The notes below the pieces were generated by a model. It did no database searches. It was not told the DNA's origin and saw only the letters and a program-made list of their open reading frames with translations. From a virus (lineage: Duplodnaviria > Caudoviricetes), in IMG/VR virus record IMGVR_UViG_3300008259_000098, positions 1-52,449 of that record: 52,449 bases of DNA; one strand, 5' to 3'. Made by a program: the position numbers and the translations under genes. Positions 40,453 to 50,627 of the stretch are shown in pieces (the first letter of the stretch is position 1; every line of letters begins with the position of its first letter).

Positions 40453-42627
40453 TTATTTTAAATTGTCTAACCAACCACTATTTGATTTTTTATCTTTAGT
40501 TAATTCATTTACACCTAATCCTACTCCTGCTACAATTGGAGTTTTATTTAATAACCCAGAAAGTCTTCTATGTGTTATAGGATTCTTTATATCTAAAAAT
40601 GTACTAAATCTATTTGATGGTACTTCTTTTAAAAATTTTTTCACTGTTTCTGGAGTTATTTTTGAATAAATATTATCTATAAATCCTTTACTTACCATAG
40701 ATTCTTTAGCTTCTCTTAAAAATGGGAGCCTTTCTTTATTATCACTACCAAATAAAAAGTAGTCAGAGTTCTTATTAGGATTCTTAATAACTGGGGATAA
40801 TAATAATTCAGATTCCCTATCTAATGGTGTTGAATACACTGTATATTCAGGGACTTTATTTCTGTAATTATAACTTTTTGCTTGATTATAATCTTTAACA
40901 GCTTTAGAATTAAAACCTCTTTGCATTCTATGACCTATTTCATGATCAATTATATTCTCAACCGATAGATCATACCCTTCTTTTTGCAATCTTCTTACTT
41001 GATCAAAATCTATATTTATTTGTGCCCCATTATCCCAAGAACCCTCATTTCTTATAGATGTTATTTTAGATTTATTTAACTGATCAAAAAATTGTTTAGG
41101 TTCTACTCCTTGTTCTCTTAACCTTTTCCAGCCTTCTGGGTTATTCATTTTTTGCATAGCATTAAATTTTTTAGACTCTAAACTTGCAATATCTTTTTTA
41201 TACTTTAATTTATATATATCATCTTTAGCTTTAATTTTAAGTTGATTATACAAAACTTTAGATTTGTCTAAAGAATTAAATAATGCAGCATCAGCAGCAA
41301 CAGCTACTTCTTTAGCTCCTAATGCTTTAGCTAATCCTTTATAAACACCTGTACCTACTAAGTCAATAGGATCCATACTAGTTTGCAATCCAGGTTCTTT
41401 TATACCTTTTTTATAATCTTCAACACTATAAGGCTTAACAGCTTTTTTATCTAAAGGATTCTGATTACGATAAAACTCAGGATAATCTACTTGCATATCA
41501 ACTTCTGCTTGTCTTTTATTTTTAGCAGCAACTTGTTTTTGTGCAGGTGTTACAGCAAAGTTTAAATTGACTACAGGTTTAGCTGTAGATGTAGCATCAG
41601 GAACTTGAGTACCTTTATCTAATCCGTCTAATAAACCTCCCATATCAAACTTATTAGTAGTTAAACCATCTAACCAACCTCCTTGTTGAAATTTTTGTTT
41701 AGGCTTACTTTGCATTAATCCTAATTCACCTGTTTGATTATAAAAATTACTGTACGAACCAGGGTCAGTCATAGTTTTAAATTTCTCTCCTTTAGTAGCT
41801 TTATATCTTTCCCAAGCACCATCTTCTCCAATGTATTGCCCACCAACTATTGTAGGAACTTGTACGTCTTCATTATCTGTACCAAATGTAGTTTTAAATT
41901 CATTAGCATTAGTATCTTTTAACATAGGTCTATTTACATCAGGTAAAATTGTTTTACCTACCATAGGTTGATTATATTCAGGTACTAGATATGGATTTTG
42001 TTCTTTTAATGGCATTCCAAAAGGCATATCTTTAAACTGACCTCCTTTTCTAAACTCTTGTCTACCAGTATTATCACCTTTATTAATATACCCACTTGGC
42101 TTACCTTGTATTTGTAATGCTTTACTTTCTGTGTAGTTTTGTATATTATTTTTAGAACTAGGTATTTCTGGTACTGTTACATTTCCAGCTAATTTAGGTT
42201 TTAAAGAAGTACCCATAGGTTTAATACCTAATGGTTTAATAGGTTCTAATTTAGGTTTATTTTTAAGTATAACTGGTTGAACTGGTTTTTTGTATAACAT
42301 ATATTGATTATCAGTTAATTCAGAATTTATTAATCCAGTCTTTTCTCTAAATTTATTCATAGCTTCAGCCTTATCATTTAAAGTTTTTTGAGCTATTTCA
42401 TACGGTGAAGTTCCATTACCTACATTATATCCATTCATAGTAGCCATACCAGAAGAATGTAAGTGTGTATTAGCGTCAAAATTTCTTAACTCTTTTTGAT
42501 ATTTTTTATCTAATAATGGGTAATCTTTACTTAACAAATATCCAGCTAAACTATCATTATAAGCTTTTAATCTAGGGTCATTTTTATCATTAACTATAAT
42601 AGGATTCTTTTGATTATTTGTAGGCAT
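40453..42627 (-). CDS. Putative virion protein with FxxGG motifs and C-terminal zincin-like domain
   Basis: 724 aa; IIDHEIGHRMQ (HExxH) with a later Glu (KERLPF). Confidence 0.6.
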   Translation of the reverse strand: MPTNNQKNPIIVNDKNDPRLKAYNDSLAGYLLSKDYPLLDKKYQKELRNFDANTHLHSSGMATMNGYNVGNGTSPYEIAQKTLNDKAEAMNKFREKTGLINSELTDNQYMLYKKPVQPVILKNKPKLEPIKPLGIKPMGTSLKPKLAGNVTVPEIPSSKNNIQNYTESKALQIQGKPSGYINKGDNTGRQEFRKGGQFKDMPFGMPLKEQNPYLVPEYNQPMVGKTILPDVNRPMLKDTNANEFKTTFGTDNEDVQVPTIVGGQYIGEDGAWERYKATKGEKFKTMTDPGSYSNFYNQTGELGLMQSKPKQKFQQGGWLDGLTTNKFDMGGLLDGLDKGTQVPDATSTAKPVVNLNFAVTPAQKQVAAKNKRQAEVDMQVDYPEFYRNQNPLDKKAVKPYSVEDYKKGIKEPGLQTSMDPIDLVGTGVYKGLAKALGAKEVAVAADAALFNSLDKSKVLYNQLKIKAKDDIYKLKYKKDIASLESKKFNAMQKMNNPEGWKRLREQGVEPKQFFDQLNKSKITSIRNEGSWDNGAQINIDFDQVRRLQKEGYDLSVENIIDHEIGHRMQRGFNSKAVKDYNQAKSYNYRNKVPEYTVYSTPLDRESELLLSPVIKNPNKNSDYFLFGSDNKERLPFLREAKESMVSKGFIDNIYSKITPETVKKFLKEVPSNRFSTFLDIKNPITHRRLSGLLNKTPIVAGVGLGVNELTKDKKSNSGWLDNLK

Positions 42628-42630
42628 ATC

Positions 42631-45600
42631 TTAATGTATTGATTGTCTATAAAATGTTGTTATTGGATGCAAGATAAATCTTTGATTATCTTGATTAGTA
42701 TAAGTTATCTCAGTTTCTAAATACATATCTTTTAATCTAGGTTTACTTAAAGTACTATATGTAGCACTATTAGTATCTCTAGGAATAATTAACTTCCAAT
42801 CTCTTTCTTTCTTAACTATATTACTTTGAGGAGTTAATGTAATTAAACCTGTATCTTGATTCTCAGTTTTATGTTGTATATAATCAAATGTTTCATTGTT
42901 AAGTAATGCACCATTAGAATTATATACTTGTGTTTGAAACTTTTGATTATCCCAAACTTTAGTAGTTAATGGAGAATCATTAGTTAATACTTTAATTTTA
43001 CTTGGATAAACAATACCATAAAAACTACCATAATCACCTTTGTTATGCCAGTAACATTTATTATCTCCTAAACTACTAAACACTCTAGTATTTAATTTAA
43101 AGTATATTTTAGGTTTAAAGCTATAAAAGCTTTCAAATGCTTGTAACTTCTCATTGTAACTTAAAGTAAAATTATTGTTACTGTCTACTGGATCTAAGAA
43201 TGTATAATATATTGTTTGATACTCTGTATCATATACACCGTGAATACCATTAAATGCTTTATTAATGTTATTGTTTACACTTTGTAGCTTACTAAACAAA
43301 CCTAAGTTATCAGATATACATTCTAAACCTTCACCTACTTTAAATATCTTTTTAATACTATCATCATAATGATATATAGCACTATTAGTATTAATAACAC
43401 TATACTGATGTGATGTACCAGTTTCTTTAGTAATGTAATCATATCTAAGCAATACTTTATTATTACTTAAAACTATATTACCATCAGACCCTTGAACAGC
43501 ACCTCTTTCATTACTACTAGCAATACCTACTCCATTAGTTTGATAGAAGAATATTTTATTCTTATTAACAACTATTTCTACAATAGGACCTTGTGTACCT
43601 TCAACATCTAGATAATCTACAAATTGGAAGTTTCTCCAGCTATCAATTACCTCACCATCTATCTTAGGTTTAGAGTGCCATATTCTATTAGTATATTGAT
43701 CTACCTCATTATCAAAAAGCATACTTGGTGGAAAATACTTTTGTATATTATATTTTTGATGGAATACATCATTGTATTTAAATTCAGATAATAAGAATCT
43801 ACTTGTTCTTAATACTAGACTGGCAGTATCAGGACCATCATTAATCATCCTTTTATTAACAGTTCTTTTTGTTGCTAATAAACTAAGACCCCCAGTTGCA
43901 TATATTGACCAATATCTTACAACTTTAGCAACACCTTTAGCTACTTTAAATACATTACTTTTTTTAGTTACTGGTTCAGCATCTATTTTTAAATCAGAGT
44001 ATTCATTTAAATCATCTAAAGATAAACTAATAATAGGATGCTCACCTTCTCTTAGAGTAAAGTTAAAACTAGCTTCACAAGGGAATATATGATACATTCC
44101 TTTTTTAGTTCTAATAGGATCTTGATATCCAGCAGGTCTTATTTGGTTAAAATAATAAGCATAATCTACAGCATCATAAACTCCTAAATAAGTATCACCT
44201 AAATTAGCTTTGATATTATAAGTTCTATCACCAACTCTTGTTGTAAATGAATAAAATTCACTAGCAGGTATATACTCATTATTAGCTCTGCTAGTATATC
44301 CTACCCCACCATATTGATTAATACTAATTTCTCTATTATAACTTACTGTATAATCACCACTATAATCTACTTTTCTAATAGTTTCTTTATTTTCATCTGT
44401 TGGTGTATCTTGACCAAAAAACAACTTGCTTAAATAAGATTCATTATCGCCATAAATTTCAAAATTAATAAAATAATCAGTATCTGGAAACTGTGTTGTT
44501 GAAACAGGTACTGCTTCAACATTATCATTAATACCTCCAAATGTAGAATCTGTAACAATAAAATGTTTTTTATCGCCAATACCTAAAGTCATATGAGGCC
44601 TTGTCAATTGTTGTATTATATCTGAAGTAAGATTATTAAGTACTCCAGGAATAGTACTTGGTCCACTAAGCGGAGGTGAATCATTATATTTAGATCTAGC
44701 ATCATTTAAATATTGAGTAATATTGTCAAATGAAATACCGCCTTCCATTATTTGCCCTAATTGATTAGCTTGGGGTATAGAAGATATATAACTATTTGAA
44801 AATACAAAACCTATTTCAGAACCATTAGAACCTGTACTTCCTGTAAATAGAGAATCAAATCCAGTACCTAATAATTCACCAGGTTGTAATACTTTTTCAG
44901 TTTTAATATAAATTCTTCTTAAATCAGAATCAGCAACTCTGTTCCAATTTATAGTTTTACCTCGATACCATTTTTTTAAATATGCTGATGCATCTAGTAT
45001 ATTATAAAGCCCTACACTTGTATCTCTGTGTATCTCATTTATAATTTTACCATTTTGTTCAAACATATTAATAGGTTTTAAATAATCACCTTGTTTAAAA
45101 GTGTATTTATTAAAATCTACAGTAGGTGATATTACATATCCTATATTACCTGTTCCTTGTCCTGTATCAAGAACGCTTTCAGAAAAACCTCTTTGACCAA
45201 GACTTAGTACATTTTCATGTATCCCAGCTACTTTTTTAGCTAGTGTTTTTCTAAACTTATCTTTAACAGTTTCTTTAATTTTTTCTATTGTTTTAGAAAA
45301 AAGTACTTTTACTAATGAGGTACTACTAAACATACCTCCTTGAGTATTAACAGCGCCATCAAGAACTGTTTCTACAAAATCAGAAAGATCATTAATATTT
45401 GTAAGTTTATTTATTGGAACATCTAAAGTATATAACTTTTTATATAAAGCTAAAGCTAAATTAGTTATTACCTTTCCTTTAATGTTTTCTTTAATCTCAA
45501 AAACATCTTGAGGGCCTCCAATATCATCAAGAAATTCATCTACTATATGACAAAATACTGTTACAATAATATTAATAATTTGCCCTTTTGATAAATCAGT

Positions 45601-47574
45601 AATATTCAATCTTTTAAATTCATTTAATCCGCCAGTAATACCTGTACCAAATCTAGTCTTATCATTCTCTTGTCTTTCAACATATACTATTTTAAACCCA
45701 CTGATTTCTTCAGCCAGATCTTGAGGTATATTAACATCAAAATCTATATAGGTAGAATACATTGTTAGTGCGCCAGTAGCACTATCATAACTTGATAACA
45801 AAGACATAGGATTACTAGCTACTTCATTAAAGTCAGGCATCTTAATATCTCCTACCCAATTAACATAAGAAGCTTGTCCTTTTTTATTATAGAAAGTAAT
45901 ACCAAATCTATATACTTCTCCACGCTGCCAAGATACTTGACAACTAGCTTTGTAAGGAGATTTTAATGAGCTAAAACTTCCATTGTTATTAGTAACATGA
46001 TTAGGTACACCTATAAGAACATTACTATTATCTACTTTTGTTTTAATAAAAGGAGGTTTATTAGAAACTAGCTGAGCTTGATGATCCATAACCATACTAG
46101 TTGTACCAAAAGTATATTTAATATTTGGACCTTGTCCACCTAGAGTTACACCATTTTGTTGAAACTTATATTGTTGGTTATTAAACCAATTGGTTGTATT
46201 CCCATTAGGAATTAACCCAAAAACTTTACCACTCTCATCATTATAAGGATTTATAACATCTAATAAATCGTTATTAGGATAGTTAGTAGTAAAGCTATTA
46301 ACATTTCCATCTAATTCATATGTAGTAGCTTGACCTGCAGCATTGTATCTGTAAGCTCTGTAATCTACATTTACTTTAAACATTTCATTTGCAGTGTTAG
46401 CTGCAAATAAAATATTATCTTTAACTTCAATAGTTCTAGCCTTTTCAAAAGGCGCATACATTATATTAAACTCCTCTGTTGTAAGGATTGAAGTATCACT
46501 ATATAAATCAGTAAAACTTTCATTCTGATTAGTATATAATGATATTTCTTTATAAGGATATATAAATATTTCAGGTAAGTCAGGCTGATTATAATATATT
46601 AAAGCATATTGAATCATTTGATAATCCTTATCAATATTAGGTATATAAAACTCTATACCTTTTTGAGAGTCCATAACTTCCATAGTATCTGTGGTAGCCA
46701 TAACATCAGTAGTAACACCAATAGTATCTGATATAGGGTAATCAAATTCTGAGTTAAACTCATAACCTTCAATTACATCTATAAGATTGCTACAAGTACT
46801 AAAGTTAGTTAAATCACCATTTTTACTTAGTAATCTATAAGATAATTGATATCTACCTTCAGGTAATCCACCTTTAATTAATCTTTTAACAACAGGGCTA
46901 TTTAAATTAGCATCAGATACTATATTTAAACTTCTAACAGGTGTTTGTATTACAGTTGTTAGTGGGCCTACAGTGTTAATACTTCTTACTGGATTAAAAC
47001 CTCCATCAGTCCAATAAATTCTAGAAAAGTTTTGATTTTCATATTTGCAAATAGCTTTAATTCTTTCTACAAATTTAAAGTTAAGATTTCTATTATACAT
47101 CATATGACCATTAACAGTTAGTTCATAACCATTAATAGCTCCTGATATATTATCAGTAGTACCTAAAAAAGTACATCTCCATATTTGACCATAGCCATTA
47201 TCATTAAGATTTCCAACAGTATTACTTTTTGTAAAAAAGAATAAGGTTTGTATACCACTTCCATCAGTTACTGCTATACCTTCAAGAGCTTTTAGATTTT
47301 CTTGAGCAGGTACAACTTGAGGATATTCTCCATTAACTTCATAAGTAGCAGCTGGTATAGTTGTAGGAAATTGAATTTGTAATTTAGTTCCTTTTTTATT
47401 TTGTACTACAGCTGTACTAAGTCCACTATCAGTAAGCAAGGTAATATTTAGAGCATCTAAATAATTACCTGGTTTATATACAGTTTTAGCTAAGTCTTGA
47501 TTAATACCACCAGTAAAAGTATTTACTGCAATATTATTGTTTTGACTATTTTGTTGTTCTTGTTCTGCAGCCAT
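42631..47574 (-). CDS. Tail muzzle (stabilisation/nozzle-like) protein of crAss-like phages
   Basis: 1647 aa; NTFTGGINQD...YLDALN, IYWTDG, KDNILFAAN, GEVYRFGI, GDTY, RIWHSKPK...DSWRNF, TLSYNE...FESFYSF, KERDW motifs. Confidence 0.8.
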   Translation of the reverse strand: MAAEQEQQNSQNNNIAVNTFTGGINQDLAKTVYKPGNYLDALNITLLTDSGLSTAVVQNKKGTKLQIQFPTTIPAATYEVNGEYPQVVPAQENLKALEGIAVTDGSGIQTLFFFTKSNTVGNLNDNGYGQIWRCTFLGTTDNISGAINGYELTVNGHMMYNRNLNFKFVERIKAICKYENQNFSRIYWTDGGFNPVRSINTVGPLTTVIQTPVRSLNIVSDANLNSPVVKRLIKGGLPEGRYQLSYRLLSKNGDLTNFSTCSNLIDVIEGYEFNSEFDYPISDTIGVTTDVMATTDTMEVMDSQKGIEFYIPNIDKDYQMIQYALIYYNQPDLPEIFIYPYKEISLYTNQNESFTDLYSDTSILTTEEFNIMYAPFEKARTIEVKDNILFAANTANEMFKVNVDYRAYRYNAAGQATTYELDGNVNSFTTNYPNNDLLDVINPYNDESGKVFGLIPNGNTTNWFNNQQYKFQQNGVTLGGQGPNIKYTFGTTSMVMDHQAQLVSNKPPFIKTKVDNSNVLIGVPNHVTNNNGSFSSLKSPYKASCQVSWQRGEVYRFGITFYNKKGQASYVNWVGDIKMPDFNEVASNPMSLLSSYDSATGALTMYSTYIDFDVNIPQDLAEEISGFKIVYVERQENDKTRFGTGITGGLNEFKRLNITDLSKGQIINIIVTVFCHIVDEFLDDIGGPQDVFEIKENIKGKVITNLALALYKKLYTLDVPINKLTNINDLSDFVETVLDGAVNTQGGMFSSTSLVKVLFSKTIEKIKETVKDKFRKTLAKKVAGIHENVLSLGQRGFSESVLDTGQGTGNIGYVISPTVDFNKYTFKQGDYLKPINMFEQNGKIINEIHRDTSVGLYNILDASAYLKKWYRGKTINWNRVADSDLRRIYIKTEKVLQPGELLGTGFDSLFTGSTGSNGSEIGFVFSNSYISSIPQANQLGQIMEGGISFDNITQYLNDARSKYNDSPPLSGPSTIPGVLNNLTSDIIQQLTRPHMTLGIGDKKHFIVTDSTFGGINDNVEAVPVSTTQFPDTDYFINFEIYGDNESYLSKLFFGQDTPTDENKETIRKVDYSGDYTVSYNREISINQYGGVGYTSRANNEYIPASEFYSFTTRVGDRTYNIKANLGDTYLGVYDAVDYAYYFNQIRPAGYQDPIRTKKGMYHIFPCEASFNFTLREGEHPIISLSLDDLNEYSDLKIDAEPVTKKSNVFKVAKGVAKVVRYWSIYATGGLSLLATKRTVNKRMINDGPDTASLVLRTSRFLLSEFKYNDVFHQKYNIQKYFPPSMLFDNEVDQYTNRIWHSKPKIDGEVIDSWRNFQFVDYLDVEGTQGPIVEIVVNKNKIFFYQTNGVGIASSNERGAVQGSDGNIVLSNNKVLLRYDYITKETGTSHQYSVINTNSAIYHYDDSIKKIFKVGEGLECISDNLGLFSKLQSVNNNINKAFNGIHGVYDTEYQTIYYTFLDPVDSNNNFTLSYNEKLQAFESFYSFKPKIYFKLNTRVFSSLGDNKCYWHNKGDYGSFYGIVYPSKIKVLTNDSPLTTKVWDNQKFQTQVYNSNGALLNNETFDYIQHKTENQDTGLITLTPQSNIVKKERDWKLIIPRDTNSATYSTLSKPRLKDMYLETEITYTNQDNQRFILHPITTFYRQSIH

Positions 47575-47579
47575 TAATA

Positions 47580-48431
47580 TTAATATCTATAGTTTCTCAT
47601 ACCAAAGTTAATATATTGAGATTGACCAATACCTTCAAAGTTTCTAGCTTGTTCATTAATTCTAGGCATAAGTGTAAGGTGTTGATTCTTCCAAGATTCC
47701 ATCATATCATAATTAGGAGTAAGTGCTTTAGTTTTAGCTTGACCTACATACCACATCCATTCTCTTTCAGAATACTCAAATACATCTCTAGCGATAATAT
47801 TTTTTCTCCATAAGATATAATCTACTTTAAGTCTTATATAAGATTGTAAAGCTTGTTTAAAACTAATATCATCAGGTATAAGAGGATATCCTTCCTCATC
47901 AACAGGAAAGGCTTTATAAAACATAATTACTTGAGCACCATCTTTAAAAGAAGTGAATATATAATTACCTTGTACATTATAAGTAATATCTCTTAAAGTA
48001 TATGGTAAGTTATTAATTAATCCTCTAGTAATTGCATTATCGTAATTATTAAAATTAATTATTGGGTTACCGTTAGGATCAAATCCTACAGGTTGTACAG
48101 GATTAACAAGTGGATAGTCATTAATATTATTAATGTTCCAAGGATGAGTTGTAGACGTTGTACCTCTCATAGGTACTATTACACCATTTTGTGTAAGTAC
48201 CATAGCTTGATCTAATGTATGTAGATTACAAGGAATAAATCCTTTATGATTGTTAATATCAATAATTGCATAATCATTAATAAGATTATAAGGAACACCT
48301 ATTAAATCACAAGCTTCATTAGACCATTCTACAAAACTACCTATTTCAAATTGTTGATTCTTATATTGGTTATCTCTAAGTACATTGTTTATAATTTCAT
48401 TAACTGAAATTAACTTACCATTTAATGCCAT
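47580..48431 (-). CDS. Tail ring (adaptor) protein
   Basis: 283 aa; YIFTSFKDG...YKAFPVDEEGYPLIPDD...ALQSYI...WYVGQA; directly upstream of the muzzle gene. Confidence 0.7.
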   Translation of the reverse strand: MALNGKLISVNEIINNVLRDNQYKNQQFEIGSFVEWSNEACDLIGVPYNLINDYAIIDINNHKGFIPCNLHTLDQAMVLTQNGVIVPMRGTTSTTHPWNINNINDYPLVNPVQPVGFDPNGNPIINFNNYDNAITRGLINNLPYTLRDITYNVQGNYIFTSFKDGAQVIMFYKAFPVDEEGYPLIPDDISFKQALQSYIRLKVDYILWRKNIIARDVFEYSEREWMWYVGQAKTKALTPNYDMMESWKNQHLTLMPRINEQARNFEGIGQSQYINFGMRNYRY

Positions 48432-48444
48432 ATTTATTTATATA

Positions 48445-49053
48445 TTAATAATCTGAGAAAGGACTTACAAAAAAATCTAACTCAGGATGTTTTTTAATTA
48501 ATTCAGGTAATTGTCTTTTAAATTCTCTTACAGCTGTAAGTTTATAGAACTTCTTTTTATTCATATTACAGTTCTTTTTTAACCATACTATCTTTAATCT
48601 ATAACCATTAGTATGATCATTAAATTGATATACCTTAAGCTTCTTTTCTTTAGCCTCAGGATCAGTAGCCCAAAGTTGTCTAGTAGCTTTATAATCAATA
48701 GGAATGCGTTTAATTACTTCACCATTATCATCTAGTCTTAGTTTCTTTCTAACCTTTTGTATTATAATCTTACCCATTTTACAAGGTAGTTGATATTCAG
48801 AATTAGTAAGAATCATTTTAGTTCTAGCTTTCCTAAAGATTTTCATAAGTACACTTCTATATTTATTAAAAGATACACTATACTTTAAATCTTTTAAATC
48901 AGTACCTAAAGGTAATTCATTTTTACTAAGATTGTTTAAATAATACTTATAGTAATCTCCTAAGCCATAATCAGCAGGATACTTACCTTTACCTCTTTCT
49001 TTAATACCTAATTCAGTATTACTTAGTTTGTGGGGTGTTGTAATCATTTTCAT
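48445..49053 (-). CDS. Basic IHF/HU-like protein of the crAss-like tail module
   Basis: Very basic; YQLPCKMGKIIIQK and IDYKATRQLW...FNDHTNGY motifs; start may be downstream of 49053. Confidence 0.55.
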   Translation of the reverse strand: MKMITTPHKLSNTELGIKERGKGKYPADYGLGDYYKYYLNNLSKNELPLGTDLKDLKYSVSFNKYRSVLMKIFRKARTKMILTNSEYQLPCKMGKIIIQKVRKKLRLDDNGEVIKRIPIDYKATRQLWATDPEAKEKKLKVYQFNDHTNGYRLKIVWLKKNCNMNKKKFYKLTAVREFKRQLPELIKKHPELDFFVSPFSDY

Positions 49054-49732
49054 TGTTATTTGTACTATCTTGAGGTACAGCAGCTTGTGTAGCTAAGAAT
49101 AATTTAATTGCCATATCTACAATTGAATTAACCATCCAGTTTTTAATTGGAAATGGATCTGATGGAGAATAACAAGGTTTTCCATCACAATCTTCAAAAT
49201 TATAAGCATCTCTTGGATCTTCAAATACTCCTTGTACATTAATAAATCTTAATACTTGTAATATATTGTTAGGTACTACAAGATACAAATAACCATCTGT
49301 ATTTTGCATATAATACTTAACTCTATTTTTAGTATATTTGTTTGATAAAACATAAGGTATTCTTTCATAGTGCACATAATCATAACCAGGTAATCCTTTA
49401 TTAACAGGACCAACTCTAGTAAATAATTGACTATGATGAAGTTCTATAGTACTTGGTATAGGTTTAACACTTCTTAATAAGTTACAACCTGCTTCAATAA
49501 TACAAGATTCAGCTGCATCTACTAATTCCATTTCAACACAACCTAAGTCTTGAATAATGTAAGGATCAGCTGTATAACCTTTATTAGAATCTTGTTTAAT
49601 TAATTGAGATCTTAAATTGATTACTATCTGTTCAACTTGTTCAGGTGATATAGTATCAGTCACTACTGATCTACCTCTTAATTGATCAAGTATTAAATAT
49701 ATAATATGATTTAAAGATGTTGTTGTAGCCAT
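49019..49732 (-). CDS. Tail ring protein
   Basis: 237 aa; LRSQLIKQ, QDLGCVEMELVD, LRSVKPIP, GVFEDP and FPI motifs. Confidence 0.7.
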   Translation of the reverse strand: MATTTSLNHIIYLILDQLRGRSVVTDTISPEQVEQIVINLRSQLIKQDSNKGYTADPYIIQDLGCVEMELVDAAESCIIEAGCNLLRSVKPIPSTIELHHSQLFTRVGPVNKGLPGYDYVHYERIPYVLSNKYTKNRVKYYMQNTDGYLYLVVPNNILQVLRFINVQGVFEDPRDAYNFEDCDGKPCYSPSDPFPIKNWMVNSIVDMAIKLFLATQAAVPQDSTNNNENDYNTPQTK

Positions 49733-49741
49733 TTAATTTAA

Positions 49742-49766
49742 GTAAAAAGGCTCTTTAAAAGAGCCT
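49742..49766 (-). terminator. Intrinsic terminator downstream of the lysis cassette
   Basis: - strand AGGCTCTT-ttaa-AGAGCCT-type stem followed by TTTTACT. Confidence 0.75.
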
Positions 49767-49816
49767 GTGAGTTAATAAAATAATATAATGTATTAGTATA
49801 ATTCAAATGTATTAAA

Positions 49817-50416
49817 TTAAATAGTTTTATCTTGCTTTTTATTATATTTAAAATATTCAAATGCTATAAAACCAGCTATTAATATTGCTATAATAAGATA
49901 TAAATTAGTAACTTGTGCTTTTTTATGTTTTAATTGTTCTGTTAATATCTCTACATCTTTTGTAGATAACATATCTATATCAGGACAAGGTACTTGTACA
50001 CTAATTGGAATAGTGTCATGTATTACTAAAGTATCAGGTTTTAAAGTACTTTTAAATTTAAGTTTCTTACCTAATTTTTCTACTTCAATTTTAAGTTTTT
50101 TATTTTCACCTAATACAACACTTGTACCATCTTGTAAAGATTGTATTAAACTATCACAATTAAATCCTACATTAAGTGTATCACCTGGTATAACAACAGG
50201 TATTTCAACTATTGTAGTATCATGAACAACTTGATTTTTAAAGTATTCAGGATAGTTAGATATTACATAATTAACAGCTTCTTTCTGTCCAAACTTCTTA
50301 ACAGCTTTTTCAAACTTTCTAGTAGCTCTTTTAGAGCCATTACAAGCACTTAAAGCTACAAGTGTTAGTAATATATAGATAACAATTATAAGTTGTTTAT
50401 ACGAAGGTAGTTTCAT
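49817..50416 (-). CDS. Lipoprotein with C-terminal TM helix; candidate unimolecular spanin
   Basis: Signal peptide with lipobox LSA-C; C-terminal LYLIIAILIAGFIAF plus basic tail; next to holin and endolysin. Confidence 0.65.
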   Translation of the reverse strand: MKLPSYKQLIIVIYILLTLVALSACNGSKRATRKFEKAVKKFGQKEAVNYVISNYPEYFKNQVVHDTTIVEIPVVIPGDTLNVGFNCDSLIQSLQDGTSVVLGENKKLKIEVEKLGKKLKFKSTLKPDTLVIHDTIPISVQVPCPDIDMLSTKDVEILTEQLKHKKAQVTNLYLIIAILIAGFIAFEYFKYNKKQDKTI

Positions 50417-50627
50417 GTCCTGGTTTATTTGTCATATTATTCATTTCTCTATCTTTTAAAAAGGATACCCATTCATTGGCTCCTGCTCCTAATGCTAATA
50501 TAATTAAAGCTAAGTAAGGATGATTCTGCTCTAATATTACAGCACCTCCTATTGAACCAAAAACAGCTTTAATTATTAACCCAAGGAGTTTAAATTTCTC
50601 GTAAGTGTTTAAGTTTTTATATTTCAT
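50397..50627 (-). CDS. Putative holin (two TM segments)
   Basis: 76 aa, two hydrophobic helices, adjacent to the endolysin. Confidence 0.55.
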   Translation of the reverse strand: MKYKNLNTYEKFKLLGLIIKAVFGSIGGAVILEQNHPYLALIILALGAGANEWVSFLKDREMNNMTNKPGHETTFV

